From Tubulanus polymorphus (Eukaryota > Animalia > Nemertea), in contig NC_134033.1 in assembly GCF_964204645.1 (NCBI RefSeq), positions 1,818,131 through 1,882,130 on the forward strand: a stretch of 64,000 nt of DNA. Reading direction: 5' to 3'. The position numbers were made by a program, and so were the translations under genes. The notes beneath the pieces were generated by a model. The model was not told the origin of the DNA. It saw nothing but the letters and a program-made list of their open reading frames with translations, and ran no database searches. This document shows, piece by piece, positions 23,831-37,400 of the stretch (its first letter is position 1; each line of letters starts with the position of its first letter).

Positions 23831-26800
23831 AACATTAGTTTTGTTCCGTACCAGGTTTTCATCGCTCTTCTCTTTTTTTCATTTCAGGACTCCCAAGAAG
23901 TTGAAGAAGAAGATGCTAGAAGGCGACTACAGAAGATGCCGAAAAAAATACTGAACTCGGCAATCTTGAAAGTTAAGTTGATACCCACGTACATTAGGAT
24001 TAATGAAGAAATGTGTGACTACAAAATGTTTTTCTTTTTCTCAATTTCAGCTTCGACGAAACCCAAGAAGACAAAGAAGTACTTCGATTCCGAAAAAAAT
24101 GATGTAAAATCGACCGACGATCACACAACTATATCTGTACTCCGATTTCCAAAAAAAAATTAGACAAAATTATCTTCAACCTTGTAAACTTTCGGACTAC
24201 ATGAAAAAAAAAAGACCAAATATTGTAAAATTATCGAAAAAAAATTATGTAAAATCGACCGACGATCACACAACTATATCTGTACTTCGATTCCCGCCTG
24301 TTTCGCTCCTGGCAGGTGTGTCACGATTGTAAGGGACACCAACTAAAAAAGTCGAACGAGAGCTCATCAACTAAGATCTGCCGATTAGAGAACAGTGCAC
24401 GGAAGGGGCCAATTTGGATGAAACTCAACCAACCAACTTAGGAGATCCTCCAATAATGAACTCAGCCATCATAAAAGGTAATTTGATATTTGATACGAAC
24501 TTAGAACATTTTAACTGATACTGAACCGAGCAAACTTGAAATGTAAGTTGATTTTTGGCGAACTGTATGTTTGCCTATGCAAATGGTCTGGAGAAGCAGT
24601 TTTCATTGAAAATGAATAGAGTACCGGTGTGTCAGCAAGGCGTAAACATTGGCTGTTGAACCAATAGTGTTGATTTTGGTGTCATGGTTTGGCTTAATGA
24701 GTTCTCGAGCCCACAAAAATTTCATAGTGATCGAGTTATAGTAGGGGACTTATTCTTGAAAAACACGTAAAAACCTGCTTTTTAGCACTAAGTAATGGCA
24801 TGTTTTCATATATGAGAATTTGCATACTTGGAATTGAAAAACAGGGTGGCTTGTAATTTGAAATGACACATAAATTATGATAAATCTGTCTGAAATGTTT
24901 TGCTTTTTTCACTTTGTTTCAGCCAAACTACATCTCGGAAAAATTGGCCTGAAGACGACACTCACAAGTAGATGAATACTGATCGACCCATTTGTTGTGG
25001 AAAACTGCAGAAGCCCAAATGAGAAGTTGAGGAGCCAGCAATCTCTGCACTACTTTATTGAAGCTCTGTGGCCGGTAGTAGATTTAAATATAGCTAGGCA
25101 ATGATTGCTTGAATATTTACAATATTAGACGAAATGATCGAGTGAAGTCTCTTAAATATTCTTTGGTCTGATAATTAAAATGTAAATTGGTCAGTTATTG
25201 ATTAAAAGATTTTCAAAGTATGTATAAGGTAAATTCAATATCTTATGTGACATTTGAAATTTTTCGAATGTACTGTAGATATTTCAGGCCTCATATATAT
25301 GACTATTATTTAACTGATAATCAAGCTATAGATAGGACAATTTACTAATTAACCAATCGCTTAGGTATAAGCAATCGTTCAATATCTTATAATGTTTGAT
25401 GAGAAATTCTTCTGGTGTAGATATTTTAGGGCCTCATTTTAGGCTTTACTTTTAGGCAGTTTAGGCTTTTAGGCTTTACTTGTAAAGATATATATCAACT
25501 AAATTTTATCATCAGTTTATAGATTTTTTTCACAAACAATATTTTGATACATATGTCATATATAAACATTCAGGCACTTTACAGTATATATTATATGCTG
25601 CTTTACCCATTGCATTAATGAATTTCTCCACGGAAAGATGTATAAAATAGTGTCTAGGGCTCTTATCGAGATCTGGTGTAATATATATGGGGAAAAACTA
25701 TAGACTGCGGGTCTTTTAGAAACTGTGATTAGGTCTCAGCACTTTGACATATCTAGAATAGCCATACTCTGTGCCTTGTTTTGCGCTCTGATTATTGTTT
25801 TACTGACAATTATCATATATAGCTAGGAAAAATTTCTCATTAACCAATGGCTTAGATCCACAATTAAGATGAATTCAATATTTCCAAGATCAAAAACTGT
25901 TTATACGGTATGTAGTACAGGTCCATAATATAAATGTCGTAAAACTGAAAATTTAAATATAGCTGATATATGTATGAGCACATCTGAATCAGTCTCATCG
26001 ACTGATCAGTATTGACATCTCCAACTGCCGTGCTTTTGGCAACTGGTCATGTTCTTTAATATTGCCAAAATTTACCTAAACCTAACTGATTCATCTAAAA
26101 GCCATACTGTGTGTCAAGTTATGCATAATAGATATTTTTTAACTGACAATTAGAATCAAAGGTGAATAACTCATTAATGTATTACTATAAGATATCTACG
26201 ATAAGGTAAATTCAATATGTTATGTGATATTGTTTTTAAATTAAGGTCCATGGACATTTAAAATGTAGCTGATACATGTGTATCTGAGCACATTTATTTA
26301 TCTGTATTTAAGTGAACTTATTGTGTCTTCATACAGCTGTATTAGTTTTGATACATATTGCCAAAATCATTTCACGCAGATTTACTTCCGATCGAAGGGA
26401 GATAAAACAAATCTGTACCAACATTCCTGAATTTGGAACGGAGAATATTTCAATTTCACTGTGTATGTCAGATTGAGAGCCTTATTCTGACAGGATATCC
26501 TAAACTTAGGTCTTATTCCTCTTGCTAATAGCTCTCTTTTACTAACCCCTCTCCTTCAAACTATTTTCTAGCATCATGTCTTGCACCGCACCAGGGAGGT
26601 CTGGTCATTACAAGGTCTTTCGGTCCATATACACAGTGTACTACTATAAAAGGGAAATGAAGATTATGTAGCAATTCAGCTTTAAGGGAATTTCTAATTT
26701 ACCACTAAAAATTTGCTTTTATCTTAATTTCTGATGAATTCAAATAATGATGAATTCACGACATCTGAAATTCTGCTCATGTAGATTTTCAGGCTCCATG

Positions 26801-27799
26801 TTCAACTGACAATTAAAATGTAGCTAGTATGATTACTAATTAACGGATCGCTTAGATATCTAGAAGATCAATTGAAATTAACTAAATGTAAGGAATATAA
26901 GTGAAAATTAGAAAATAGTGCAGTCGATGAGACGACTGTATCGTGCAATGTCACCTGTGTCATAACTGGGCCACATGTGTGTGGGATCTGTTGAATCAGT
27001 TAGGTTTTGGGGAATTCTGGATTCGTCAAACTAGATATCAAAGCTCTAATGCAAAATTAGCATTATGAAATAGTGATTAATCGAAACCAGATCTGAAATT
27101 CTAGTCGTGTAGAAATATCAAGCCCCGTATAAAATATTGTCAGAGACAATTTCAATTATAGCTAGGAAATTAATTAGGTTATGATTAGGTTATGTGATTA
27201 GGTATCTAAGATGAAGATTAATTCAGCATCTTCATATAAGGTAAAAGTGCTCAAATCTTAACCGTAGGGGTTGATAAGAAAACTGTATAATCTAATTGAT
27301 CTTATATGTGAATTGACACGTTAATTATGATCAGTGATATTCGAAAGGATTTTCTGCTCACAAGATTCTGCTCTTTTTTTAGCTAAACTACTAATCGACT
27401 AGTCATAAAATGTACAAAATGATCTTCAACCTTGTAAGATAGATATCCAAAATCTCGATGTATAAAAATAGGCAGAAAAAAAGTTAACCCCAATCAGTCG
27501 CTTTCTGACTGGTTGGAAGATTGTTTGAATGAACTGGAACCAAATTTCGCAATTATGTGCTTGGATTTAAAGAAAGAAAATTCTGTAAACTCGACTGCCG
27601 ATCACACAACTATATCTGTACTTCCATTTCCGATTATGAAAAAAAACCGCCTGTTTCGCTCCCGGCAGGTGTGGTGTGTAAGGGACACCAACTCAAATCA
27701 ATCAAACGAAATCTACCGATTGTCCGCAGAAGAATCAAACCAACTCGTCACCAATACTGAACCCAGCAATCTTGAAATGTAAGTATAATTTGATGGAAA

Positions 27800-29340
27800 T
27801 TATTATGATAAATTCTAAATGAAATATTTTGTCATTACAGGACATCTTTTATTGCAGCTAAATTTCAGCTATCAAGAAGAACCAAGCTTGAGATCCACTA
27901 CTCGTCCAAATCGACCAACTTGAACAGCACACAGGCAACTAGAATCCGAACTCATTAACCAATCAACTAATAAGATAATCGCCGATAATGAAACCAGCCA
28001 TCATAAAAGGTAACTTGATATCAATGGAATTATTACAATTAATTCTTATTGAAATATTTTGTCATTACAGGATATCTTCTTGTAATCATTGCAGCTAAAT
28101 TTCAACTATGAGAAAAAACCCAGCTTGAGAACAACTACTCGCTCAAAATCGACCAACTTGAACAGTGCACCGATGGGGTCAACAGAATCGAACTCATTAA
28201 CGCACAAACTTTAGATGATCCACACCGATAACGAACCAAGCAATCATAAAAGGTAACTTAATATACATGAAATTATTACGATTAATTCTTATTGAAATAT
28301 TTGGTCATTACAGGATATCTTCTTTTATTCATTGCAGCTAAATTTCAACTATAAGAAGAAACCCAGCTTGAGATCAGCTACTCGTCCAAAATCTACCAAC
28401 TGGAACAGTGCACAGCCAACTAGGATCGAACTCATTAACCAATCAACTAATAAGATAATTGCCGATAATGAAACCAGCAATCATAAAAGGTAACTTGATA
28501 TACATGGAATTATTACGATTAATTCTTATTGAAATATTTTGTCATTACAGGATATCTTCTTTTAATTATTGCAGCTAAATTTCAACTATGCGAAAAAACC
28601 CAGCTTGAGATCAACTACTCGTCAAAAATCGACCAACTTGAACAGCGAACAGATGAGGCCAACAGAATCAAACTCATTAACCCACCAATGATCAACACCG
28701 ATAACGAACCAAGCAATCATAAAAGGTATCTTGATATACATGAAATTATTACGATTAATTCTTATTGAAATATTTGGTCATTACAGGATATCTTCTTTTA
28801 TTCATTGCAGCTAAATTTCAACTATAAGAAGAAACCCAGCTTGAGATCAGCTACTCGTCCAAAATCTACCAACTGGAACAGTGCACAGCCAACTAGGATC
28901 GAACTCATTAACCAATCAACTAATAAGATAATTGCCGATGATGAAACCAGCAATCATAAAAGGTAACTTGATATACATGGAATTATTACGATTAATTCTT
29001 ATTGAAATATTTTGTCATTACAGGATATCTTCTTTTAATTATTGCAGCTAAATTTCAACTATGCGAAAAAACCCAGCTTGATATCAACTACTCGTCAAAA
29101 ATCGACCAACTTGAACAGCGAACAGATGAGGCCAACTGTATCAAACTCATTAACCCACCAATGATCAACACCGATAACGAACCAAGCAATCATAAAAGGT
29201 ATCTTGATATACATGAAATTATTACGATTAATTCTTATTGAAATATTTTGTCATTACAGGATATCTTCTTTTAATTATTGCAGCTAAATATCAACTATGA
29301 GAAAAAACCCAGCTTGAGATCAACTACTCATCAGAAAATC
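27800..29340 (+). repeat. About 237-bp tandem repeat (about 6.5 units, alternating A/B, higher-order period 473) with exon-like splice signals
   Basis: Each unit has ...ATTGCAG|CTAAATTTCAACT...CATAAAAG|GTA. The 79-aa ORFs at 28529 and 29002 are near-identical and 473 bp apart. Confidence 0.85.
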
Positions 29341-29999
29341 TACAAGTAGATGAATACTGATTGACCCATTTGCTGATGAAAACTGCAGAAGCCCAGATTA
29401 GAAGTTGAGGAGCCATCGACGGATTAATCACTCAACGATGGATTCTTCTACAAACGGTGGTTGATTTCTATAAAATATTTTATCAGGAGCAGCAGAGACT
29501 ATAGTGAATCTTATAAACACTGATTCGAGCGACAAAGCTAATGGATTATCTCATAAACACTGATTCAGGATAAGCACTGCTTTAAAAGCAGCAAAGACAA
29601 TAGTGTATCTTATAGACACTGAGATCCAGGAGCGGCAAAGACAATAGCGGATTTCTGTCGTAAAGTATTGATTTTTTTACTTATCACTTTTTTTCAAACC
29701 AGTCTGATATAGTGTTTTAAAGGAAATTATTTTATCATGTTTAATGCAATGTGAGAGTCTAATAAAAGCTAAGTTCCATTAATTCACGATATTGGTATTC
29801 GATCTTGGTTGATAGAGAAGTCAAGTTAGGTTAGTCACTAGGGGTAAATGGTCGCGTCGAGCGCCTTGTTTGGGCTCGCAAGTCTGTTGAGTTAACTCCT
29901 AAACTGAGATATAGTTTCAACATGATATTGTGAGTTTAATCTTTAAACTTTACCATAGTTAAACATAGTCATTTATGGCCATTTGTCCGTGTAGGTATC

Positions 30000-30455
30000 A
30001 CGTAGTTAGGAAACATAGAACATAACGTTAGGCCAGTGTTGATGTACAAATATTAAGTATTTGCTGAATTGTAGATGTACTTATTTGATGGATATATATT
30101 TTCGAAGGCCCATGTAACTGATTTCACAATTGAATCGTATATGTCGATTTTCACATCAAGTTTTGACTCTGAGCCTCCATCAATCTGTTTGATGATCATA
30201 GCTGCAAATTTGAAATCGAAAGCTTTATTTGAAAAGAGACCATTATTTACATTTGAGAGGTAAAGCTAGGAATAACAAAGCATAAAGTTATAGCTAGGAA
30301 TAATTTTGAACGTTTTAACATTGTTTATAGCTGTTTGAACTTCTTTTATTGTAATGGGTAAATCCATATCACGAGATGGCTCTCGTGAATAATCACTTAG
30401 CTTCAAATTGGGTGTATAATGATTATTAAGGAGTGGCAGTGAATCGGTAGCGCTT
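30000..30455 (-). mobile_element. Degenerate non-LTR retrotransposon ORF2 fragment
   Basis: The minus strand reads DMDLPITIKEVQTAINNVK, which resembles the pre-RT motif of LINEs; it is interrupted by stops. Confidence 0.4.
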
Positions 30456-33400
30456 TTCTAAAATGGGCCCAGAAACTTTACAGTGAAAAAATGCCTGCAG
30501 TTGTAAATAGAGGAGTATGAATAATACATAATACAAACTACAAGTACATAAATTGATAGAAAAATAAATAAAAAAAACCAATAAATGATAAGTAGTAAAT
30601 TATACAAAATACAAGTACATACATTAATAGATAATATTAAAAAATAGATAAAAATAATAAACAACAATAGAAACAAACAACAAATTAATATTCTATTTAC
30701 ATGAAAAGGCATTTTTTCAAATATTTATCAACAAGGTTATTCATTTATCGAACAACCTTCCTAAGTATAGCGAAAACCCGAGATCTTTTCTGTTGTTACT
30801 CAAAGCATTCTATCGGACTCGGTTATTGTAATGAACAAAACAAATAACCATAAACCTTAACTAAATCGAACACACTTAAAGAAAATAACTGATATGATAG
30901 AATGCTTTGAATAACTATGATGAATGATCAACCGTCCTATGAACTAGCCGCGCTCAATCACTGCTGTGACCGTTGATTGTTATACTGGGGTAGACTTACA
31001 ATCTAAAATCTGGTACATACATTTTACTTTTTAGAAATAATGTAAAACAGCTATAAACTTAAGTTATTGATGTTATTGATTATGTTGATGTTTGATGTTT
31101 TCGAAGCTGCCAGAAAAAAACACCAGAATACTTAGTATTTAATGCCAAGGTGCTTGGACATTTTTAAGTCAGGGCAAAGTAGGCAAAATTCTAGTTTCCT
31201 AGTGAAAGTAATGATTAGTTGATACTAAGAGTTCCAGAGTGAATCTGAATGTTCCATCTCTAGTTTTAATTATCTATGTTGGACGGTGGACGAGTGATTG
31301 TGATAACCTACATGCCCTCTTCATCTTAACAAATCTTAATGAATCTTAACTGAATTGTAGCAAAGAAATTAGTTATTAGTAATTGCCCTAGCTCTATTCA
31401 AATTGGCAGTTGAACAATATTTATATACTCGATTCATATACTCTTGCTGAATGCATAGAAGAGAATACCTCCAAAATACTTTGCATTAAATGTAACATTT
31501 GAGAAAATAACCAATTTGATAATGTCTTGAAACCTCTTAAAGACAAGGCAAAGGTGGCAAAACTAGCTATCTTGTAAAATAATGTTAATGAAAATTAAAT
31601 CATAAACTGTTTAATTAAACTTATTTTAAGCTTTCGAGATTGTGGTTTTATCTCCGGTTATAATGTTTTTATGTTGGAGACTTTTTTGGAATACAGGTCA
31701 CGTTTTTGTAAATGACTGAGATTGAATTTGTGGTTTTATCTCCGGTTATAATGTTTTTATGTTGGAGACTTTTTTGAAATACAGGTCACGTTTTCGTAAA
31801 TGACCGAGGCACTTCCTCCAGTACATGAATACCTGTCATTTAGGTATAATTGTTGTTGTGGAGATAAACTGTGGAGATGACATTTCATGTCAATTGTTCA
31901 TAAAACATTTGATTTATTAAGGTCCTATCGAATAAAGTTGAGCTTTTTCTTGATAAATGAGATGTCCTCAATCGATGTCATTTGAAAAGTTGACATGATA
32001 GATTCATATTTCATGAAATATAACATAGTGTCAGTTATATTGACCTCATGAATTGTCAACTTCATAATCTTCAACTAGTCCAATTTTTCGGTTTTTAATG
32101 GATCAAAGTTTATAATTCTTTGTGTATTTTTGTTATTTTCCTATTGATGCAAATTGTATGAATCAGCTGTAGCGGAAATGTATCGTAGATAAAGACTTCT
32201 AAATACTTTACACTTGTAACTTTGTTTGAGGTTAGTACAATTTCATACGTAGTAATAAAAATAAAATTACTATCAAAATTTGAGAAAATAAGCTAAAAGT
32301 TAATAATATGATATATATGTGAAAATTAGTAAAATGATGTAAGAATTATTGATTACTTAATCCTACGCTTTCGAGAGTATTTGGCCAGGTTTATCTCTGG
32401 TTTTAGTGCGGGGAGCAATGGACTCACGGTTTAAGAGTCCATGGTTGTGGGCCATAAACGTTTCTGTTTTAGAGTCTATGGTCGGACCATGGGCGTATAA
32501 AATCTCGTTTATAGTTTATACGCCTATGGTGGTTGGACTAGTTGTTTTTGAAAGTCCGTGTTTGAGGAGCTTACGTTATAATTCCTCGAGCACGAACCTG
32601 GCATTTTGTATATTTGTTGTATGGGAATAAATATGATTTTGAAATTTGTCATTCGTTTAGTTAAACAACAAGTGTTACTAAAACGAAGCACTGCTAAAAA
32701 CGAAAACTGTATGCACCCGAGGAAACGGACCAGGCAATTTACGTTTCCGACAGAGGTGGTACAGAGCGCTCCAAGTGATGATTTCGAGTCGGACTTCTTT
32801 TTAGTCATGCATAGTTCTAATACCCCAAAGTGCATAGGTCTTCGTTAGTAGTAGCGCATAGTTTTTAGTAACACCCCCATTTCACATCTTCACCCGTCAA
32901 GGGATTCGGAGAACAGCCTGAGCGTGTAGTGGGTTCGAATCCCTTGACGGATGATGATGGGGTGTTACTACTAAAAATTATGCGCAACAGTGCCAGTAAT
33001 GAAATCATGCAACCTGAGGCCAGGGGGCTGGTGAAAGCGAGTTCGGGAGTGATACCGGACCCCTGGCAAGCGAGGATGTCCTGACTGCGAATGCAGGTGA
33101 TTTCCCAAACTTGGTGGCAGCACCATACGGTCCACAAGCGGGATTCCTGTAAACTAAAATCAGACTGGTTACCGATCTCTGGGACAGTCAACCAGTCTAG
33201 ACTAAAATCAATTGAAGGAAGGTGGCAGCACAGCATAGTCCATAATAAACGCAAATGTACTATATTGAACAAGAAGTCGACGCGAGCGGGTTCGCACTGG
33301 GGCGTTGCTCTGAGTTTTTGAACTGGTAAGCGATCTAAAATCATTTATTGCAAAGAATCACAATATCTACTGCTATAAGTTCCGAGTTTCAATAATATTT

Positions 33401-34432
33401 TGAAATTCAAACGCTTAGTTTATTTGATACTGAAGTTGAAATACTACCGGGGTCAGTGTTGGTATTATTATGTAGCGAGTGGTGCTTCGATCGTGTCCAT
33501 TGAACCGCATTATGACAAACTCAGCTCATATTGTGTCCTGTTATTGTCCTCGGTCTTTGAAATGTATTACGTGATCGATTTGAATTGAACTAGCAGGTGC
33601 TGGAAAGAAAACTTATGATGCCCAAGTTCATTCTATTTTCTAGAAGCTGGCCCGTAGCCTGGACCCTCCAGGGGCTTGGGGGTGCGATGTAAACTACAAG
33701 TGGACCTATCTTCAGTAAATCTTCAGTAGCGGCGAAGCTCACAGTTTTGATGCGAGGTCAGTTCTTATTTGGTTTCAATATTTGGTACTCTGATCGGAAA
33801 ACATCAAAACAATGAATATGAAATATGAAAATGACATGTCAGTATTTACAATGAGACACAGTCTCGCATACGTCTTGGTTGCCGGGTAGCAAATAGATCG
33901 ACCGGTTTTTCTTAAGAACAATTTTTTCATTGGTAAAATTGCGAACATTTTCTTTCGTAGGGGGAGGGCGCCTAACTAATATAGCCGCAAGGCAGCTATA
34001 TCGGGTTATCTATTTTAAAAATGATTATGTCAGAATGGAAAATGTTTTGTTTTCTAGAAGGGAATTAAAATGACGGATCAAATTAGTATGACATCATAAC
34101 TATGAGGTGGTTTTATAACAGAAATGATAAATATGGTAGCAAAGCAGCTATATCCGATAACCTATTTGTTAACATGTACATGCCACATACTAGGAAATTT
34201 CTATTGTATCTGTTCTGTTTCCTAGACGAGAATTAATGATGCATTCACTAAGTTTGATTTTTTTTCTCGCGTCATGCAACGATAAGGTAGTTTCAGAACG
34301 AAAATGATAATAGACTGATAAAACTGAAATGCTGTAAGAAACGATGTGCGTTCGGGCCATGTGGCACCATGATCTAATCGGTTTGGCTTTAAGAACCATG
34401 GAAACTATGCGCGTTACTCACTTAACCAGAAG

Positions 34433-37400
34433 ATGTCTGTTTCAGTAATTTCGACCGCTTCGATCGCCGCGCTGTTTGTACTGGGGGTGACTTACCCCTC
34501 GGTTTGCTCGGGGTATAACACGCCGGCACCACGAGGAACGCGACGAACACCGGGAACACCAGGAACACCGGGAACACCAGGAACACCAGGGACACCTGGG
34601 ACACCTGATGGTGAGATAATTCTGTAAGTTTGTTTTTAAGCAGAAAAATTTAATTTGCGAAAATCTTTTTAGTCAAATTGTTCAAGGCCTATTTATTTTT
34701 GGTAGAATCTTTTTTTCCGATTCTTGATTGAAATGTCCTGCCTATTTTGTGTCCCATTCAAACCCAACAGCCACACCTGCCAGGAACTGAAATTGGGGGT
34801 TTGATTTTGAAATAAGTAATGGAGTGCAGATCTAGTTGTGTGACTTGCGAGGACGTCGGGTGGCCTAAAGTTCAGTCAGTTGTTCATACCTGATATGAGT
34901 CTTAATAGGACCAGGGCCCGGTTTCAGGAACAAGTTCAAGCTTATGGCGGTTGAATTTGAATTGTTGTCCTCATTGAAAACATGAAGCAACCAATGGCAA
35001 TTACAGCAAAAATTTGAGTTAAAATTTTTCATGAAACTGGGCCCAGGGCTCGGTTTCACAAAAGATTTAAACTCAAATTATTGGTATAATTGCCATTGGT
35101 TACTTCATGTTTTCAATGAGGACAGCAATTCAAACTTAACCGTTTTAGGCTTAAACTTTCTCGTGAAACTGGGCCCAACACAGATGGGTAGCTGATGATA
35201 TCGATTTTTAATCCACATTTGCACTGTTATGAACTATTGCCAAAATGTCTCCTTTAAATAATTAATGGGTTGGAATAGAGCGAAGAGACTCAATATGCCT
35301 CCTATGTTCCTAGACCTATGTGAACTATGATTTCGATTATTTGAGTAGAACTTCAATTGGAAACATTGATTTATCCAAGAAAATTGATTCCTCTTTTGTC
35401 TGAAAAAACGTCATTTTTGGTAATCGTTCAAATGGATTTAAAATCGTCGTTTTAGCTCAACTGCCCGTCCTATATCGGGTATATGTAGGCCTACTACTAA
35501 AACTGACGGAGCTCTAGGTCACCCGACGTCCTCTCAAGCAGAGTTGAAATAGACAGCAGTTAACACGAGATCACCGGTTCTAATCCAGGCGGTGCCTTAG
35601 TTTTCATTTTCTTCTTGATTTCTGCTTTTTAAAGTGATCATTCAATCGCATTATACGCGTGCATCTCCTCGCACACAGGTCCCCTAGCAGATACCGACGA
35701 CCACGTGTTGCCCGTCCATTGTTTCATTTAAAAAAAAAAAATCAATGTTTTCAAATCTCAACAAGTGAAGATCAAGTTTGAAAATCAAACAGTAACAGCT
35801 TGCATTGTTAGAATTATTGCGAAATTCCTTTTCATACTGGCAGACGGTTCATGATCCCAAGATAAGGCCTTAAATGATTGATCATCGTAACACGTACCTT
35901 TGAAGCACAATTCATGCCAATTCTTTTATTTTATTTTCATTTTAGGTTTAAGACCCAATACTTTTTCTTTAAATTCTCACAATTTTCATATAGTCTTAGA
36001 AGATTATTCGCCCCGATGTTGTTATCTGTGTATATTTTCTGTGAGATTTCTCTACGAGAAACACAATAGAGCGAGTATAGAAAGGAACATCTAAACATGA
36101 GGGAAATATTACCATTTATCTTAGTTGAACATTCTAACCTCGGTGGTGTTGTGCACAAAGATTTCCGATATTTAGGTTATTATGCAAAGCCCAGGGCCCA
36201 GTTTCACAAAAAGGATTAAGGCCTAAATCGATTTAAGATAAACTGAATTAATGAAGAAATTAAATCGATTTAAGAGTTAAACCTTTTTGTGAGACTGGGC
36301 CCTGAACAAATCGATTTTCTTCAAAAGTAAACCGCACTCAAATTTCTCACAATTATCATAGTTTTACAGGGCATAGCCTATTTCCCAAATGTTGAAATCT
36401 CAAATTGTGATTTTTTTTATCAGAAATAATGCTTGCGTTGAAACGAAATAAGCCTTTTTACAGTTTCCAGGCGCCATTTTTTTGGGTACCCGCCGGGTCC
36501 GCATTGTTGAATTTTTTGTCCCTATTTTTCTCCGGTTTAATTTTTTTATTTCGTTCATATCTCTGGATTTGATTAAGATAAAAACAAAGTAAAAATATCG
36601 ATGAACTCGGCTGATAATAAACTTTTTCATGATATCACTCATTTATAAAGTTAATGCAACAATGTGCGCTGGTGAAGTTATAAACATTGATATCGTCTTC
36701 CCGATAATTCAACTTGAATTATTGCTCATCCCATTCAAAAGTTCGTAATTCTTACAAATATTAATCTACATTTTTGAAATTTTCAGGACCAATAGCCATC
36801 TATATGTGGTCTTATATACCTTTTACCGTTTTCAATTATCTTTATTAGTTTTTAAGTAATTGCGAGTCAAACTTCCAAAACACGTTTTCCCGGGTCCCCT
36901 GGGTGCATCTTTATATCAGGAAATTTCACAATTTCACCGGTCCCTACTTTGTTGAAAATCAATTTATTAAGTAACCATGGAAATAAGGGCACCTAGGTTT
37001 TTGAAAAATGGTTATTAAAGATATATATTCTCTAGGATTTGTCAAAATAAACAAAATAACCCAGGTGTTGCTTTAACCAGCTACCTAGGTTCACAACAGA
37101 TCATTTTGTCCAACGTGTTTCATTCGATTCCAAAACTGCACGTACGGGTATACGATTGCAAATGTGAAAGTCAGACATTATGTGGCACATGTATGAGGAC
37201 CACAGTCTCAATGCTGCGTCGCATTGCCGTCGCAAATTTGCATGGCTACTCACGTGAAGTGGGCTAATACAGACCTTGTGTGATCAAAACTGACTTGGAA
37301 TTCGTGCCAAATCTCAAAACAACTATCAAACACACGAGATCAATTTTGACAGAAAGTAAACGAAAGTTATGTTCCTTACTAATATATTCCAAAGTTCCAA

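Noticed and set aside
32350-33350. Protein-coding gene from several overlapping ORFs
   Set aside because: No recognisable domain or splice chain; likely a decayed mobile element.
34845-34880. HDV-like ribozyme in the recurring GGCCACCCGACGTCCTC motif (also 8960, 35515, 43682, 49437, 50603)
   Set aside because: The nested double pseudoknot could not be assembled; it looks like a dispersed repeat end.
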